Part shown: in pieces, positions 47,746 to 49,808 of the stretch
How the letters are laid out: every line of letters starts with the position of its first letter
Position numbering within the stretch: position 1 is the stretch's first letter
Assembly (NCBI GenBank): GCA_004212095.1
Contig: RXIJ01000032.1
Span: forward strand, 1-49,808
DNA: 49,808 nt
Origin: Methanosarcinales archaeon
GTDB taxonomy: Archaea > Halobacteriota > Methanosarcinia > Methanosarcinales > EX4572-44
Reading direction: 5' to 3'
The notes under the pieces: model-generated
Database searches by the model: none
Told to the model about the DNA's origin: nothing
Seen by the model: only the letters and a program-made list of their open reading frames with translations
Made by a program: the position numbers and the translations under genes

Positions 47746-47946
47746 CTGTACACTGCGTATGCAGAGCCACACAACTTCGTCGTGTGGAAATAACTCTCGA
47801 TTGCAAACCACTGCACAACTTCGTTATGCAGAACCGTACATTCCGTGTGCGGAAATAGATCTCGATTGCAAACCACTGCACAACTTCGTTATGCAGAACC
47901 GTACATTCCGTGTGCGGAAATAGATCTCGATTGCAAAGCAATCTAG
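47746..47946. repeat. Array of GNA-triloop hairpins including a 65-bp tandem duplication
   Basis: CTGTACAC-TGC-GTATGCAG; CCACACAAC-TTC-GTCGTGTGG; 2 x (CTGCACAAC-TTC-GTTATGCAG + CCGTACAT-TCC-GTGTGCGG); CTCGATTGC-AAA-GCAATCTAG. Confidence 0.92.
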
Positions 47947-48163
47947 TAATCGAGTGTAAGATAAACAAATGCGTTTATACTTTCCTATACGTTTTTAAAA
48001 AATATAATAAACAATTACAATAGCCAGCATATATTATAAATTTAACCTTGGTTTTGAACTTTCACAGTACCAGAAAAATCTCAATTTTTGAGGGCTATAT
48101 TTTTTAGTGTTAAAGTGCTATATATTAATTGTGAATGTTTCTAAGCTATGGATGTGATGTTGT

Positions 48164-49174
48164 TTGATTAAAGAAGCAATGCTGTATACATCGATGAAAG
48201 ATTGTAAAGTCAAGTGCCAGGTATGCAATCGAGAGTGCATAATCTCTGAGGGTAATTATGGTTTCTGCAGAACCCGGCAGAATAAAAATGGCAAGCTGTA
48301 CACATTGATTTATGGTGTTGTATCCAGTGCATCTGTTGACCCAATTGAGAAGAAACCACTGTATCATTTTATGCCTCGCAGTACGAGTTATTCTCTTGGT
48401 ACCATTGGCTGTAATTTTAGATGTAAGAACTGCCAGAATTATACTATTTCGCAGGTGCGTATTGACGAGGCGAATACTGTTGAAATACTTCCGGAAGACG
48501 CTCTCAACCGTGCCGTGTCTTTAGGATGCCTAAGCATTTCATTCACTTACAATGAACCTGCAATATGGTTTGAGTATACCTATGATACTGCAAAACTGGC
48601 ACACGAGGCAGGGATTGCTACTGTGTATGTTACAAATGGATACATCAGCGAGAAGGCACTTCTAACGATTGCACCATATATCGATGCTTTTAGCGTTGAC
48701 ATTAAATCATTTAGAGATGGTTTTTATAAAGAAATATGCAATGCTAAACTTGCACCAGTACTTAGATCTGCAAAACTTGCAAGAGAACTTGGTATGCACG
48801 TAGAAGTTGTAAACCTTATTATTCCAACACTTAACGATTCCTTAGAGGAAATAAGAGAACTTGTGCGGTGGGTACGTGACAATCTTGGTGATTACACACC
48901 GATGCACTTTACACGTTTTTATCCTTATTATAAATTGGATAAATTACCGCCCACACCACTTCGTACACTTGAAGACGCTTACAGCATTGCTGAAGAGGAA
49001 GCTATGAAATACGTGTACATTGGAAATGTGCCTGACACAAAAAAAGATAACACCTACTGCCCAAACTGTGGTGAACTGTTAATCAGACGGCATGGTTTTG
49101 ATGTAACATGTTATGGACTCACTTCTGATAACAAATGCCAGAAGTGTAACACTGAGATAAAAATCAGACGCTGA
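48164..49174 (+). CDS. amrS: AmmeMemoRadiSam-system radical SAM enzyme (PFL-activase-like)
   Basis: DPIEKKPLYHF, GCNFRCKNCQN, FTYNEP, VTNGY, YVYIGNV, TYCPNCG. Confidence 0.9.
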   Translation: MIKEAMLYTSMKDCKVKCQVCNRECIISEGNYGFCRTRQNKNGKLYTLIYGVVSSASVDPIEKKPLYHFMPRSTSYSLGTIGCNFRCKNCQNYTISQVRIDEANTVEILPEDALNRAVSLGCLSISFTYNEPAIWFEYTYDTAKLAHEAGIATVYVTNGYISEKALLTIAPYIDAFSVDIKSFRDGFYKEICNAKLAPVLRSAKLARELGMHVEVVNLIIPTLNDSLEEIRELVRWVRDNLGDYTPMHFTRFYPYYKLDKLPPTPLRTLEDAYSIAEEEAMKYVYIGNVPDTKKDNTYCPNCGELLIRRHGFDVTCYGLTSDNKCQKCNTEIKIRR

Positions 49175-49311
49175 ATGCTTCACCACTGGTTTTTACAGGT
49201 AACCGGGATTATCCAAAAGGATTTTGAGGAGTTAATGATCGTGGAAAAGTACTGTGAACAGATATTGTTTTCTGAACAAATCATGTTTGATGGTTATGGG
49301 GTGAAAAGACG

Positions 49312-49808
49312 GTGAGATGTTTTAGCAGTCGTAAAATATTAATTGTTGTTTTCTCGGCAGTCTTGATTTTTATTCTTGCAGGGTCGACGAGTGCAAAAGA
49401 TACCAGGATCGTTGATCTTTATTCGAATATCGAGTCTGCTGATGTTACAATCTGCTCAGAGGGAGATTATGCGAACGTGACCATCGGTGCAGACCTGATA
49501 TTTAGTGGAGACGTGCTGAAATCAACAAAATTTATTATTGGGGGGGCTCTGGCCGGGACTGATATAACAAAGGCGATGTCATGGAATATAAGCAGCCCTG
49601 AAGATGGTTTATATATCGTTAGAATGACTCTGTTTGTTGATGACAGGGTGTTGGAGAGAAAATATTACAACTTTTCGTATGGTTGGGGCATACAGGAAAT
49701 ACCAGAGGTATTCATTAAAGATATTAACTCCGATTCCAGTGGTGTTAGCGTTATTTTAAGACCGAACATTCCCAGAATTGGTTCGGAACAGGAGTTTGTA
49801 CTGGCAGA
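49312..49808 (+). CDS. Secreted hypothetical protein, truncated by the window end
   Basis: Open frame from GTG 49312 to the end: (M)RCFSSRKILIVVFSAVLIFILAGSTSA/KDTRIVDLYSNIESADVTI..., signal-peptide-like, beta-rich. Confidence 0.7.
   Translation, partial: MRCFSSRKILIVVFSAVLIFILAGSTSAKDTRIVDLYSNIESADVTICSEGDYANVTIGADLIFSGDVLKSTKFIIGGALAGTDITKAMSWNISSPEDGLYIVRMTLFVDDRVLERKYYNFSYGWGIQEIPEVFIKDINSDSSGVSVILRPNIPRIGSEQEFVLA

Overview
Archaeal chromosomal window, most consistent with a Methanosarcinales-related methane/alkane oxidiser (ANME-2/Methanoperedens-like). That placement is inferred from TATA/BRE promoters, a CCA-less tRNA-Ile, Taw2, a DUF5350-like protein, S-layer-domain multiheme cytochromes and MqnB. 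Left part: decayed IS630, housekeeping genes, tRNA-Ile(GAT), then an island with an uncharacterised 4-gene operon (two paralogous helix+beta-hairpin proteins, a triple-PASTA protein with no signal peptide, and a small propeptide-like protein), IS1634 remnants, a bacterial-type pyrD-pyrK-pyrE-pyrF operon, an orphan hicA, mqnB and serA. Middle: a full stressosome operon (rsbR-S-T-T2-X) ending in an unusual output protein that lacks PP2C. Right: a ~25 kb extracellular electron transfer locus with about 90 CxxCH motifs (counted by eye). It holds two giant multiheme cytochromes, two archaeal nanowire-like tetrahemes, a signal peptidase, CcmF and three paralogous pentahemes. Two non-coding repeat families recur across the window: a ~135 bp MITE found only between divergent genes, and modular arrays of C-GNA-G triloop hairpins, several embedded in local duplications.
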